64,000 nucleotides of DNA from NCBI GenBank assembly GCA_001244265.2, contig CDLV01000006.1, forward strand, positions 558,001 through 622,000, given 5' to 3'. Made by a program: the position numbers and the translations under genes. The notes beneath the pieces were generated by a model, which saw only the letters and a list, made by a program, of their open reading frames with translations, ran no database searches and was not told the DNA's origin. The stretch is from Microbotryum violaceum. Lineage: Eukaryota. Shown here piece by piece: positions 40,451 through 53,663 of the stretch; within the stretch, counting starts at the first letter, position 1; the number at the start of each line of letters is the position of its first letter.

Positions 40451-43400
40451 ATGTCGCCGAGCCAGGTCATCGCAGCAATGCGAAGCATACCCTACCACTC
40501 TGGACCCCTTCAAGACCAAGTTCCAGACAATGATGCTTCAAGTGACTTGACGTCGCTCGACTCTTCGTCCGACAACGACAGCGATCATAGCGACCAACAG
40601 ATCACCACCCCTTGGTGGTGGTCCGCTTATGATCGTCGGCTCACTTTGAGGTGTCGACCAGGCAGGGAGGTGCATTCCAAGATCATTCTCGACACCCCAC
40701 CAACTTCACGTGAGTACGACAACAGCTCTTTCGTTCATTCCACGCGTCACTGATTCTTCTGCGTCAACTTGCAGCGAGGCAAGAACCCTTGGAGGCTTCA
40801 ACGTCCAGGTCTTTGTCGTCTTCGGCGGCCGACTTTGACCGTCGTCGGCTTCGGAAACGACCCGTGCGCACGATCGAACCCCCGCCAACTAGAAGGCAGA
40901 GTAAACGCATCAAGGCCAACTTGCAAATACAGCGGATGCACGAAGGTGAATTCGTTCTTCTCAGAATAAGCCTTATCATCTCGTGGGCTCAGGCTCTCGA
41001 AAACGATCCACAGTCGACCAGTGCTCGACCTGGATCGACATTCCAACCGTAGGATCTCCTTCGTCGCCAGTCCAGACTTGCCCTCCCGAGAACGACACAC
41101 AGCCGTCCTCGGGACCTCGACCAGCTCTAGATTTCCCATCTCCACCTTCTCCCTCGCTATGCTTCGAGCAGTTTCTTTACTCGCCTAGCCTCGTAGCCCT
41201 CGACTCGCCCCGCCGCCCACCTTCCGAGTCTTTCGGAACGAACCCTGAACTGTCAAGTGACCCGCCAATCCCATCCTCACCTATATTGGTTTGCCCTCCG
41301 TACGATCTGGATGGATCCTCTGATCACATTGTGGATTCGGAAACGGAACGTGAAGAGGAACAAGCCAAGCACGAGGCTCTTCTGCAGCATCACACGATCG
41401 AGGGGCCCGCGGACGCCGGAGCATCGAACGTCGTAAAGGAGCCAATACAAATCGATCCTACCCCGTCGTCAAGTGATGCACCTACCCAGCCAGCCTTTCC
41501 TATCCTTCATCCTTACCACGACTTAGCCAACCATGGGCCAAATAATAATAACGCCATTCTCAACTTGACCTCCAATTCGACAACTTCACCTAATCCGCCG
41601 CCACCTTATACCCCATCGTTCGCTATGCCACCAACAGCAGACACAACCGCTCCAAACGCTCTCGGCGCAATTCTCTCACCAGTCCCCGTTCCCGAAACCG
41701 ATACCCGCAAGACGTTCTCGATCGATAAGTCGGACTGGGTCCAACCCGAGAAGGATCTGAAAATTTCCGACGAGGGTTACCCTCCTATTTGGTGTCAGGT
41801 TCGTCAACGATGTACTCTGATGTAGTCAGGCATTCAAACCCCAATACTGATTCGACCGCATTATCGTGTGTTCCTTCAACGAACAGAGTCGACAAGAGCT
41901 GTGCGAAGCTTTACCGTATTTCCGAGCTTATCAAGGAGGGCACTATGATTTAGGCGAGAGGTGTATCGGGTACTTGCTTGATGGGTATCCGGCGCCTGGG
42001 GATCGTTGCGAGGCGAAGGGGAAGATCATCATTTCGCAGTTAGTTTGCGCTCGGAGTACTTTTGTGCGGTACGGAGGGGTCGAGCTAACCTCCTTCTCTC
42101 TATGACAGTGGTGGTGGCTGCTCCGAAGGCGACGGCAACGAATTCCGACTCGTACGCGATCAGACGAGGGACAACATACGCGTCCGTGCCTTGATCAATT
42201 GCCACAAAACCCAAACGCCTGTCGTATTACTAGCTGGGAAGAAGTACGTTTCGCAGGGGCGTACTGATCGGAGGAACGAATGGAAGATCTACTGATCAGT
42301 CTCATGTGCTTCCACAGTTATGCCCATTTCCCTTGGCTTGGTATGAGGGATGTTAGGTACTGTGTTCTGGGGTACTATATGGTTCGAGACTTCTGGGTGA
42401 GTGCTAAAGGCTGAGCCCCCAGGTATAACAAGATCTCCGCCGCAGACTTACACAGGTCTTCAATTGTGTAGGTCGAAGCCGAACCGAGCAAAACGACCTC
42501 TGACAGCGCATACTTCACTCGCTTCAAGTTTCTCTTCGAGTGGGTCTCATCTCAGGGACAGCCATGGTTCGAGCACTTCATCGGTCCTATGAATGGTGAA
42601 TGTATGGCCATCTCATCGACAGCTGAACAGATCGATGCGTCAGGTGAAAGCGGTGAAAAGTGGTGCGCAGCATGTCAGCGCTGGACGCCGGACGTGTTCG
42701 AGCAAGCCGTCGCTTGCTTGGATGAGAGATGCGAAGCGTTTTTCAAAGTCAGTTGAATGGAGTCTCTCGATTCGGTGAGGAGACGAACACTGATCTGTTT
42801 CGTGCGATCACAGATCCCCATTCACGGCCTCGAATGGTCCGAAACCCCACGATCCTTCCTCTCTGATCTGAACTACCGATCCTCACTTCTTCAACCGCGC
42901 CATACGCCCCCGAGCCAACAAGCCATCCATGTCCCTCTTCCCATCTACCCTCCAGCCCTACAAGACCTGCGCACCTCCCTCGTTGACTATTCCCGCTCAT
43001 CCTGGCGCGGGTTCTGGTGTCGTCAATGCGGACGACTGTCCTCGCGCTCGCAATGGTTCTCCCTCGTTTGTTCGAACCCTTCGTGTAAGGAAACGATCAA
43101 ACTCGAACGAAGGATTCTTAGCGCGGACGAACTACGATCGCGGAAACCGAGGAAAGCGCCGAGTTTGAGCGATCCTACGCTGCTCAGTAAGATCGAGCCG
43201 AATGAGGATTGGGAAGGGTGGGTGATTATTTTGGGCGACGATACGAGGATCTTGCAATTGTGGGCCAAGGTGGGATCGGCGAGAGAAGGACTCGCAGATG
43301 AGTTGTTCGAGCAGTATCAGTTGAGGGACGTGGGGGAGCTGTTGAAAAGGAATATGCTGACGAGTCATAAAGGTACGTCGTCCTCATTTCAACGACTGGT

Positions 43401-44948
43401 GTAAACTCGAGGTGACCATTCTCCTTCGACGCTGTTACAGTCTCGGGAGGTTTCCTCACCTCGCAATTCTCTTTCAACACCGGCCAGTCCTACAATCACG
43501 TCGTAGCCGTCGAGTCATACCCCTTCTCCGACCAACCCAACTCCTCGAACGCCAACCCCTCTAAAACCGCTCCACCCTGCGTGACGACCGCTCGCAATCA
43601 CCTTCACTCCGCCGTACGTTCGCTCTGTCCCGATTCCTCCGTGCTTCAACCAGATGGATTCAACGAAGTACTCTCCGTCGCTTATTATCAAGGAGGCAAG
43701 ATGTCCTACCACGATGATGGGGAACATGGCGTCGGACCGATCGTCGCCAGTTTGAGTTTAGGAGCCGACGCAACGATGTCGTTTAGGAGGAAGACCAAAG
43801 GTGCTTCCAATGTGACTTCAGTATCGAAAGATATGGCTGAGGGGAGTGGCAGGAAGGCCAAGGCTGTTGTGAAGCTGCAGTTGAGGCATGGGGATGTGAT
43901 GATCATGCATGGGGGCGGGGTGCAGAAGAATTTAGACGTGAGTTTGCAGGTTTCGTAATATATAGCGAGGGAAGGAGAGCTGATATCTCCGAAGTCGTTC
44001 CTTAATTTAGCATATGGTCGAGCCCGTCAATCTCAGGTTTGGTGAGTAGTACCGGCTTGAAAACTTACTTTTGCGTCTCCGTAGAAATCGACACTGATGA
44101 ATACACTTGCTCTTCTCAAAGCTGCCACCGCTCGCTTCATCCACCCCAGCAATGGCTCAACCAAAACGGGACGAAAGAAAAAGACGACTCCCACGTCGGA
44201 CGCCCTCGCTCTCGCTACATCAAGCGTGATCACACCACCTACACCCACCTCGATTCCAGCAATCCCTATACCAACCCCTAACCCCACTACTCCTATGCAG
44301 TCGTTCGAATACACTTTACCTACGTTCCCAATCGACCCAGCCAGTTTCCCCCGGACCCATCGGTACAACCTCCCCCCTCTTCCTCCGAGTTGCAGCCCGA
44401 TCTCGTCGTACAATAACAGGCCTTCGTATGTATTATCTGGTGAATATCACCCTCGGAGTTTTGTGTTGCCGCCTCAAGCGACGGCAAGCTCGTTCGACTC
44501 TCAATACGGTAGGGGGAGTACAACTCCTGATTGGTCGCCGATCCCGGCGCCGGCGGGTTCGAACAGAACGGGACGAAAGAAGAAGACAACTCCCATGTCG
44601 GACGGCCTCACCCTCGCTACATCAAGCCTGATCGCATCACCTACACCCGCCTCAATCCCAGCAACCCCGAGACCAATCCCAACCCCCACTACTCCTGTAA
44701 TTTCGCAATCGTTCGAATATTCATTACCTACGTTCCCAGTCGACCCAGCCAGTTTCCTCCGCACCCATATCTACAACCTCGCCCCTCTTCCTCCGGGTTG
44801 CAGCCCGATCTCGTCATACAATAACAGGCCTTCGAATGAATATCACCCTCAGAGTTTTGCGTTGCCGCCTCAAGCGACAGCGAGCTCGTTCGAATCACAA
44901 CACGGTCAGGGGGGTATAACCCCTTATTGGCCGCCGCGGCGCCGTTAG
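40451..44948 (+). CDS. Fungal AlkB-like 2OG-Fe(II) dioxygenase with N-terminal SRA/SAD-like domain and Cys clusters
   Basis: PPIWCQSRQELCEALPYFRAYQGG..IISHGGG..DQ..PVVLLAG..YCVLGYY; CAAC..C..C and CRQC..C..C; catalytic FNEVL..Y..MSYHDDGE..VASLSLG..LRHGDVMIM..H.VEP..RFAATAR. Confidence 0.85.
44166..44936 (+). repeat. Diverged ~370-bp direct duplication (period 402 bp) in the last AlkB exon
   Basis: Copies start ACGGGACGAAAGAA at 44166 and 44568; both encode TGRKKKTTP..SFEY.LPTFP.DPASF..SPISSYNNRPS..LPPQATASSF.SQ.G. Confidence 0.92.
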
Positions 44949-45787
44949 CCGCACTCCCGAGTCGTCCTGCCTTGTCGAGGAGTGTCAAAATCATCCTTGA
45001 CCCTGGACCTACCAGCTCCACCGGTGGATCGGGGATGTGGACGGATCATCAGGCTAGCCAAACGTCACCCCCGGTATAGCGCGAATCGAAAACGAGGCGA
45101 GGCGGACTGGTACCGACTGGTTATAATAAGCCTCAGCTACGAGTTGACAAATATTGAAGAGTGTATCCTCATTGTATCTTACATTTTGTACCCCAGAATT
45201 AGTCGTGCAATAATAATAAACCTTGCACGCTGAAAGTAGAGAAATAATATGCTGTATGTCACGTAATTCACTTTTGTGGCGATTGTCCGCTGTCGGGTAG
45301 TCCGTCACCTTGGAATCCTGCTACATAGTCCCAGCTGGTCACCTGACAGTAGCCCGGGCCTCCATGCGACTGTAGCGTGCTTTCGCGCTTGAGTCAAAAA
45401 GAGCAAAGCAACTCGTCCCGAACTCGGAAAAGAGCGTGTGTAATCCTGGCGCGCCGATTCCTGATGGTGTTTCAGTGCAGCAACTTAAATTTATAGAACA
45501 GCCGACTCGACTCGGCGGCGCGTCGACACGTGCGCGCGGGACGCGTCGCGACGCGCTTACAAGCTTCAAGAGAGGCGGGCCGAGCCAACGAAGGTTCGTT
45601 GGATCTGGAACTGGCGATCGTCACTGCCGGGTCCGCGCACGAAACGGGGACCGACGACTCTTTGCCGCCTTTCTCTGCGGCATGTTGCAAAGGCTCTACT
45701 TTTCTCCTATTCCTCACCACTGGCCCGACTGTATCACATCGTCCTTCGTGCCTCCGCGTTGACCCGGATCTGGCGAGGCGATTGACA

Positions 45788-48700
45788 ATGAGTGGCATCC
45801 ACCTGATCCCTGTACCCGAACAAAGGCGGCGTCCGTCCTTGCCTCCAGGCAGTGGCGACCACCTACTTGAGGCCGACCCGTCCTCCTCCATGTCGTCGTC
45901 TTCGCTGCATCAAGGATCACGTTCGCCATCCCCGTCACCGTCACCCTCCCTCGCTCCCTCACCCATAATTCCTCACACCTCCTTCGGCGTCCCCTGCTCG
46001 TCTGAACACGGTCGTCACCGGTCTTCGCTCGATGGATTCACAAGCCCCAACATCGCCGCACCGGCTAAACGTCTCTCCAAGATGATCTTTGCCGACCCTA
46101 TCCCAGAAGACCATCATGCCGATCTACGCTACGGTGAAACGCATTGGTCAGGTTTGCCTTCGCCTTCACGTTCGAAAACGAGGTTCTCGGAACCTTCGGC
46201 TGCAGCTGCCGGCCCCAGCGAGGTGACCGCGTTCGGACTAGGGGCTTCGACATTGGCACCGCCACCGATCGATCCCAACACTTACTCGAACATGATTCCC
46301 GACCTTTCCTCTCGAACAGAGAGTGTTATCGAATTCAATATCCAACCTCCGGTGAAGGAGTATGCTTCCAAAGCGGTGTCCGGTGCTGCGGCGTCCAGCG
46401 ACGGCGATTCAGCCTCGCATCACCAATCGCTCGAGGACACGCCGCTTGAACCCACTCTCCCTCGAACGACCTACGTCCCACGGAGTACTAAGCGAACCCC
46501 ATCCTTGACTACCCGAGTCACGGACGCTTTTATTGGGTGGATTTCGAGCCCTTCCTCTTCCCCCTCGGGTTTGTCGTCTTCTGGATCCGACATTTCCTAC
46601 GATTCACCCATCTCGACCGCTGCTTCGACGCCTCCTCGCTTCCGCTACCATGTCTTTCCCATCTCACCGTCGTTGCTACGACCTCACCCTCGTCTCATGC
46701 ATGGCGCAACTTCGTTGGTAACCAAGTCGACCCGATCGTCCAAGAAATGGATGCTCTTGGTTTGCGCCGCGCTCAGTGTGCTCCTCTTCTACCGTCGAAC
46801 GACGCTCAGCCAAGACCTCGATCATTTTGATTCTCTGTCCAGGACCGAACATCAGGCTGCAACGGCTGTTCCAAACTCACGCCCATCTCGATTGGGCCCA
46901 CTCAAGTCGAGGCTACGCAAAGCCGCTCACGATCGTTTCAGGAAAGCGCCTTCTTATCGAACTAGCGCGTCTCAACTCTCCGCCAGTGACGAAAAACGTA
47001 TCGAGACAGGCGAATACGATCGAATCCTCGCGCTAAACCAACCCCCTCGGCGAAGGATCTTCGGCCCCGACGACTCTGTACTGAATTCCAACACCGGTGA
47101 CACCAAACGGCGTCGAATACCCACCGTCGCCGATCTTCGACGCCAATTCAACACCGACAAACAAGCCTACATGGCCCAACGCAAAGGATGGCACGAGTTC
47201 GAATGGAGGGCACCCCACGTCGACGCGAGTTTGCGGCGCTTCGAAGCGACCTTGACGGGCGACGAGTTTGAATTGAAGGGATGGATCCGTCGTTTGCATC
47301 GAGGGATCGCAGCGACGTCGGTGGGATTGGCGAGGAATGCGTCGCAGGAACCTTTACCGCTTGAATTGGTTGAGTATGTACCGGAGTTGGGGGCGATGCC
47401 TTATCTTTCGAGGACTTCGGGGTCAATCAAGAAGTGGGAGTCGTTGGAGTTTCAGGCTATGTCGCCTGGGGATGGGGGAATGTGCGCTGGATCGACTTGG
47501 ATGAATGAGTACGCTTATATGCATCGAGAGGTGAGTCAGTAATCGTGTCGAGGCAAGGCGCGACAGGAGTCTGTCGTTGACGTTGTACGGTGCCTCGAAC
47601 AGATCCTCAACGGTGACCGAGAACCTCGTTTGGTCTCTTACCACTGCGAGACGGGCATGAACTGCGGTGGCGCAGCAGATCGGATCCTCGGTCTCACCTC
47701 GACCTTCTTATTCGGCCTCGTAACGAACCGAGCCTTCCTAGCCGAATGGCAATCGCCGATCCCCCTCGAAGTCATCTTTGATTCCCCCCGTATCGACTGG
47801 TCCCATTCATCGTTCAGTGTCGATTCCCACCCCGTGCTAGGTGATTTCGATCTGGCGTCCAGGGCTAAGGAACTGGATATCGTCAACTTTGATCGATTAG
47901 CTATGGACACGACGTTCAGGTCCACGGTGTGGAACTGGCAAGAGGATCGACACAGCAAGACTTTGAAACCTGGGTTTGAGCAGCGTGATTTAGCGTTGCA
48001 GAGCCCTTGGGTCAAAGTGAGCGCCAGAGCAATCTTTGCGCTGACTCATTTCTGAGCTCACATTGAAACTATCTCCCTCAAAATAGATGTACACGAACCG
48101 AGGCATGATCTCCCGCTCGTTCCACTACCCGACTCTTCAGCCCCGTCTGCAACAACTCGGCTTGCACCCCTTGACGGCCTTCTCCTGCATCTCGAACTAT
48201 CTCTTCAAACCCAAACCGGCCGCTCTCGACCTTATCACCTCCTATACGAGTCTGATGGAGTTGCCGACTGTCTTCAGTGTTGGGATCCAGATCCGAACGG
48301 GGGATGAGAGTATGAGGAACCCGGAGCATGACAAGAGCAATACTGGTGAGTTTTCAATTGTGCCTCAAACCAGCTCATCTAATCCCCTTCATTTGCCTTC
48401 TCTTTTCCTCAGTCGCCCGTCACTCTGACTATTTCCGTTGCGCCCGTGAGCTCGCCACGACCTATTCCCTCCCTACCCAACGCATCCTCTACTACCTCGT
48501 CACCGATTCGGCGCACCTCAAAACCGACGCCCAGCGCGTACTAGGTGAAGCCCTCGTCCTGACAGACATGAAGCCTCGTCGTGACCATCTTGCGAGTTCG
48601 CATCACGCTGTCGATGGTGTTATGGGCGCGGTGGTGGAGAATTGGATTTTGGGCAAGACGGATATGAGGGTCACGACGCAGGATAGTGCCTTCGTACGTG

Positions 48701-48953
48701 TTCTTTTGAATGGTTGTCTCCGGCATGCAGATCCGAACTCAAACTGACTGTTGCCTTCGTCCTCGGTCACTCTCAGGGCAAATTGGCCGCCTTCGCCAGC
48801 GGCAACAACCATTCGACGGTGACGTTACTTCCTAAGGACCACCCGGGAAGAAAGGTCAAAGCCAAGAAAGGAGGCAGGGGGAATCTCGATTGCACCAAGG
48901 CCGGTGCCCTCGTGGGCTTTGATGAGTTGTCCTCGACGGGCAGTTTGGGTTAG
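45788..48953 (+). CDS. Type II membrane fucosyltransferase-like glycosyltransferase (GT23/GT37/NodZ clan)
   Basis: TM WMLLVCAALSVLLFY; CGGAADRILG..RAFLAEW; motif I VGIQIRTGD; motif II YYLVTDS; motif III ENWILGKTDMRVTTQDSAFGKLAAF. Confidence 0.78.
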
Positions 48954-49548
48954 GTTTGGTTGAAGATGAAAGAGGCTAGAGCATCGCATTGTTCGTTTAT
49001 TTATCTTATCTTATTGAGTGATTTCACTGTTGTAAAAATGAACCCAATTGCATTCCTCAGTGCGCTGAACCGCGGTCCGGGAAGGTCTTGAGGCGATATC
49101 TGAGACTTCCGAGCTTCGCTCAGACCCGTCCCTTATCTCCTGTCTCGATTGGTGACAGGGGCTAACCGGTACCGTCGCACTGACGTGGCGTGACTGGGGT
49201 CTCATTCCTCGTTCGTACTTTCTGAGGACAGAACCTCAACGCTTCCTTTCGTTACACGTTCATCATTCACTACTGTCTCCGACCCCGGCCGTTGTAAGTG
49301 ACACTCTGACACCGAGGTCTCCTGACTTGAGGTTGCGTCACTGGACCTCGACCTCAAGGGTTTTGGCTCGTTCGTGGCATACCGGCGACACTTGATGTGA
49401 ACGTGAACAATGGCATTCAACTTTCAAAGCTGACCTATCCCGGTCCCTATCACAAGAATCAAGCCGGCACGGAAGGTCTTAGATGTAATCTCTTGTCGCT
49501 CCAGGTCCACGTCAACGTCTCCGCCACTCCCACTCGAACGCCGCAATC

Positions 49549-50361
49549 ATGCCAGCTCTCCACCGTCGTAACGTCTCGTCAACAAGACCCTCACGGTCAA
49601 AGGATAATTCACCCTCAATAAAGGTCAACACATTCCCTTTCTCCTCTATTCCTACTAAACGATTCAAGCCTCGCCATCTTATGCCAAGTTGCTTCATCTC
49701 CCTCCTTCGTCGATATATCCCCATCCTTCGTGGATACATGCACCGCACAAAATTGACCCTCCCCCGAGTCCTCTGCCTCTGCGTCATCCTCCTCTACCTC
49801 GTACTTTACCTCATCTCACAACTCATCACCTACGGTCGCTCACATCACTACCTACCCCTCGTCTGTCCCCCGACTACAGCTTCCAAGCCCCTCTGGGAAC
49901 GGCAACAAAGTCATCGCCGCGTGATCCCAATCTATGAGACATTGGATCAAAGCCACCGAAAGAAATTGGAAGTGCGGTCTATGAGTAGGTTGAGGAAGCT
50001 GAAGGAGAGGTTGAGTCCTCTGGTGGCGAAGAAGGCACCACTCGATGATGGGATGGAGGTGGAGGAAGTGAAGCAGCCGGCGCGGCCGGTGAAGGAACCG
50101 AAGGAGAAAACACGAGAAGAGAAGGCGGCGCACGAGCACGGACTCATCAATGTGCAGGATGTTCAACTCCCCAAGAAGGTGGCCTCACAAGTCAACTATA
50201 TGGACGACGTTCGTCTCAAGGCCAAGCCCAAGTCGAAGAGGAAAGGCAAGGCGAAACCAAAACCCAAGGGAGGGAAATCGAAGCATTGGAAGCACAAGGC
50301 TTCATCGGGTGGTAAGAAGGGCGAAGGCAAAAAGAAGGCGAACAAGAAGCCAAAACAGTGA
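49549..50361 (+). CDS. Hypothetical membrane-anchored protein with Lys-rich C-terminus
   Basis: 270-codon ATG ORF; one TM (VLCLCVILLYLVLYLISQLI); K-rich tail. Confidence 0.65.
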   Translation: MPALHRRNVSSTRPSRSKDNSPSIKVNTFPFSSIPTKRFKPRHLMPSCFISLLRRYIPILRGYMHRTKLTLPRVLCLCVILLYLVLYLISQLITYGRSHHYLPLVCPPTTASKPLWERQQSHRRVIPIYETLDQSHRKKLEVRSMSRLRKLKERLSPLVAKKAPLDDGMEVEEVKQPARPVKEPKEKTREEKAAHEHGLINVQDVQLPKKVASQVNYMDDVRLKAKPKSKRKGKAKPKPKGGKSKHWKHKASSGGKKGEGKKKANKKPKQ

Positions 50362-50409
50362 AGAGAAGCTCTCAACATCAGTATAATATAGTCTAATCTA
50401 TCAAGTGCG

Positions 50410-52228
50410 CTACAAGATGTCTCTACCAAGGGCCACCGCTAAGGCGATCGGCATCCATATCCCTACGGCTCCGAAAATACCACTCGAAACCCGTCCAGCT
50501 GCTCCCGTGTACCCGATCTCGTACGCCGTCTGGTTGCCGATCACGTTACGGAACCAATCTTCGACCGTCTGATTGCCACCTATGGCTCTGAAATCGACCA
50601 GAACCTCGGTACCCTCGCCTCCACGCTTGAGATAGTTGAAAAGCGAGACGGCTTGCAGATTGGGGAACCGGATAGCAGTGGTATTGGAAGTCATTTGAAC
50701 GAACCAGGTGGCTTTGAGGTAGAGTTCGTCGTCAGACCGAGGGAAAGGGGGAGATTTCACGGAAGGGGTATAGCGAGTTAAGTTGGGTAATGGCCCGTCG
50801 ATATCCGTGTCGCCTGCAGGAACGGATTCCGAATTTCAAATTTCAAATTGAGAAAGGGGAAGGAGCAGCGCACAACCCATTCGAGCCCTTGACTGACCGG
50901 CTTGATCGTAATAAGGGTCACTGTTGGGGAGCTCATAATGAAATGGAGAGCTGGTCTCGGCGATCACGATTGGGATTGGACCGCTCAGCTTGAGGGGGTT
51001 CTTCGAGCCAGTGGATCCGTTCACCGGCGTCATGAGGTCGTAGAAAGATTGGAATCCGTCCCGGAACATGTTGGTAGCCGGGGCCTGGTTGACCGACTTC
51101 TGATAACCAAGAGAATAGTAGCTATCGAGGAGAATGTAAAGCGGCATGATAAGTAGGCTGTGCAGACTGATCTCGTACTCCGCAGAGGACCAAAAACTGA
51201 CCTGAGGCCCGCAATGTCGACATATGCTTCCCCGGGGAAATAAGGCATATAGCCTTGGGAAGAGTCGCTTACTGAACCGGACCACACGTTGGGTGCCCAA
51301 AGCATGTATGTCTGCAGTTCATGGCCGTCATCATGGGCTCAGCACGTTTGTCGTGGTCAATGAGTCGAGTTTCCAAACTTACCTCATTTGTTGCGGCGCG
51401 CACTGCATTGGTGACATCGACCCAGATTTGACGATAGAGGTCTGGTTGTAAGCCATAGGCCATCCAACCACCGTTCTGGGTGGTTTGTTACAAGCAAGTC
51501 TCGGAGTAAGCCACCAGAGCCACTCGAGCACTGGCAGGCGCTGCAGCTTTTCTCCATTCATCGGCACGAAATGGTAACTGACCATTTCGAAGAGCAACCT
51601 CAAGTACACGACAATACCTTGCTGATTGACCTCCTTGACCGTGGCAGCAATTTGCTGTGTCATCGCGGGCGTCCACGTATTCAACGATGCACCGTACAAG
51701 AACGCCGGCGCGTACACGGCCTTGACGTTTCCTCGAACGATTCTTCGGACCTCGGGGAGATGGTACTCGACTTGGCGCATATCATAGTTGCTAGGTGAGA
51801 AATTGATGTAGTCACCTATGATCGATACTCCGGCTCCTGTAGATGTGAATGGGTGAATGAAAGTATAAGTTGAGGTATGTTCGGTTCCGATGGACCTCCG
51901 AGGATCGGTGGATCCTTCGCTCGCTCGCCTCCACTTGACCTCGCGGATGCGACTGACCCAGTGCTCGATTGATATCGGTTGGTCCTTCGTGGGACCAGTC
52001 CGGTAATACTCCGATAGCGATCGGTCCTTGACGAATGCCATTCGAAGGAAGACCGGGTAGAGCACGGATCGGCTTGTAGGACTGAGCCGATACCAGCGCA
52101 CTGAGGTCGCAACTCAGCACGACGAGCAAGACAACGATGACATAATGGCAGCAGGTCGTCGCAGGGAGAGCAGTGGGAACAGTGGGCAGAGTGACCAGCG
52201 ACCGTACCCGGAGACAAGGTGATAGCAT
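50410..52228 (-). CDS. Glycoside hydrolase family 26 (beta-mannanase-like), secreted and probably GPI-anchored
   Basis: Spliced VYLRLLFEMNGGW (acid/base Glu), MLWAPN, YFPGEAYVDIAGLSYY, PIVIAETS (nucleophile Glu); N-terminal hydrophobic segment and C-terminal hydrophobic tail. Confidence 0.88.
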
Positions 52229-52824
52229 GCAACACTGTTTCACGAGAAGTCACACGGATAGCGCTCCACACTTTGTGTTCAAAGGAAGGGAGGGAGTCGC
52301 TATTCGTGGCTATGCAATGTCGAAGCGCTCATCCTCGGCGTCCGCAGTGCGCATCGGCCCACCAGGCCTTACTCAAGGCTCCTCCGAGCCTCGGACCGCT
52401 GCGCTGATGATGTTAATTTCCGGTATCACACAGGAATGGGCCTTCACCTTGGATCACCCGCAAACGTTCATCCGATTTTTGGGATCTTGACACGATATGA
52501 CACCAAGGCGGTATGTTCGTCGGGCCTCGGCAATATGCAGTGACCTCCGAGTCACACGTGGACACCCCAGGGATTCTGGCACGCGGCGCCAAACGCGTTG
52601 ACATCGAACTACGTATGCAGTCCATTGGCACCATTCAAAGCGTGGTATGTAAACGAGGGTATGTTGAAGTCCGAGCTATGAGCAGCACGCGAGTAGACTA
52701 TCGACTGAGTAGAAAAAAGTAATGGGGGGAAAACTACCGTACGAGCACAAATAGGGGGAAATTTATGCGGAAGGGAGAAGAGTCAGAACAAAAGTTGGAA
52801 GGTGGTGCGATCAAGCCGATTCTC

Positions 52825-53663
52825 TCAAGCCACGGGGTGGTGCTTTTTGGGCACCTCGTCGTGCTTCTTGTGCTCCTCGTCTGGCTTCTTGTGCACCCCG
52901 TCGTGCTTCTTGCCATGCTCCTTGTCGGCCGTCTTGGGGTGCTTCCTAGGCCCATGGAAAGACAGCCACCAATAAAAGTGAATTCGTAGCCGAGAGACAA
53001 TGGTGAAGAGAATAAAGAAACTTACTTGCTCTTCTTGACAAAGGTCGCGGGTTTGGGCTCGTTGACCTTAAACTTGACCTCAGAAGCTTTGCGATAACCG
53101 CGGCGGACCAGGTCAAAATCAGCGTCAACCTCAGCGCCAGCGTCAAGACCGCTGTTCGAGTCCACGTCGTCCTCGTCTTGGTCCACCTCGTCCTCGTCTT
53201 GACGCTTGTGAAGACCGGGAATAAGAGACTCGAGTCCGGCGTCCTGGGGAAGGACATTGTGATCGGATGTGACGTCGTTGAGTGCAGAATCAGTGCCTGG
53301 GGGGCTCTTAACGGGAGTGGCAGAGTTGGTATCGGAAACGAAGTCGTCGAGCTCTCGCTTGACCTTGCCCGTGGTAGTTTTGCCGCCGCCGCCGAGGAGA
53401 TCGCCGAGGCCGGGGAGGCCGGGGAGGTTGTCAAGGAGCCCCGTAGTTCCGTCCGTAAGACCGCGTTCGCCGAGGTTAGAGGCCGCACTGGAACGTGTAA
53501 GGAAGCATACAATGGTACGTATAGATGGGTGGGTCAGTCACGGTAGTAGGGCGAGGGTAAGCGGTGCACGTCACCGATAGGAGGCAACGCACGCCGGGGA
53601 CTGGAGGGCGTGCGCAGCCGAGGCAGCTACGATGAGCACCGAGAGCGACTTGAGCATGAGCAT
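52825..53663 (-). CDS. Small secreted protein with dibasic (Kex2-type) sites and Lys/His-rich repeats
   Basis: MLMLKSLSVLIVAASAAHA signal; VKR, HKR and VRR sites; C-terminal KKHDGVH-KKPDEEH-KKHDEVP-KKHHPVA*; two canonical introns. Confidence 0.75.
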
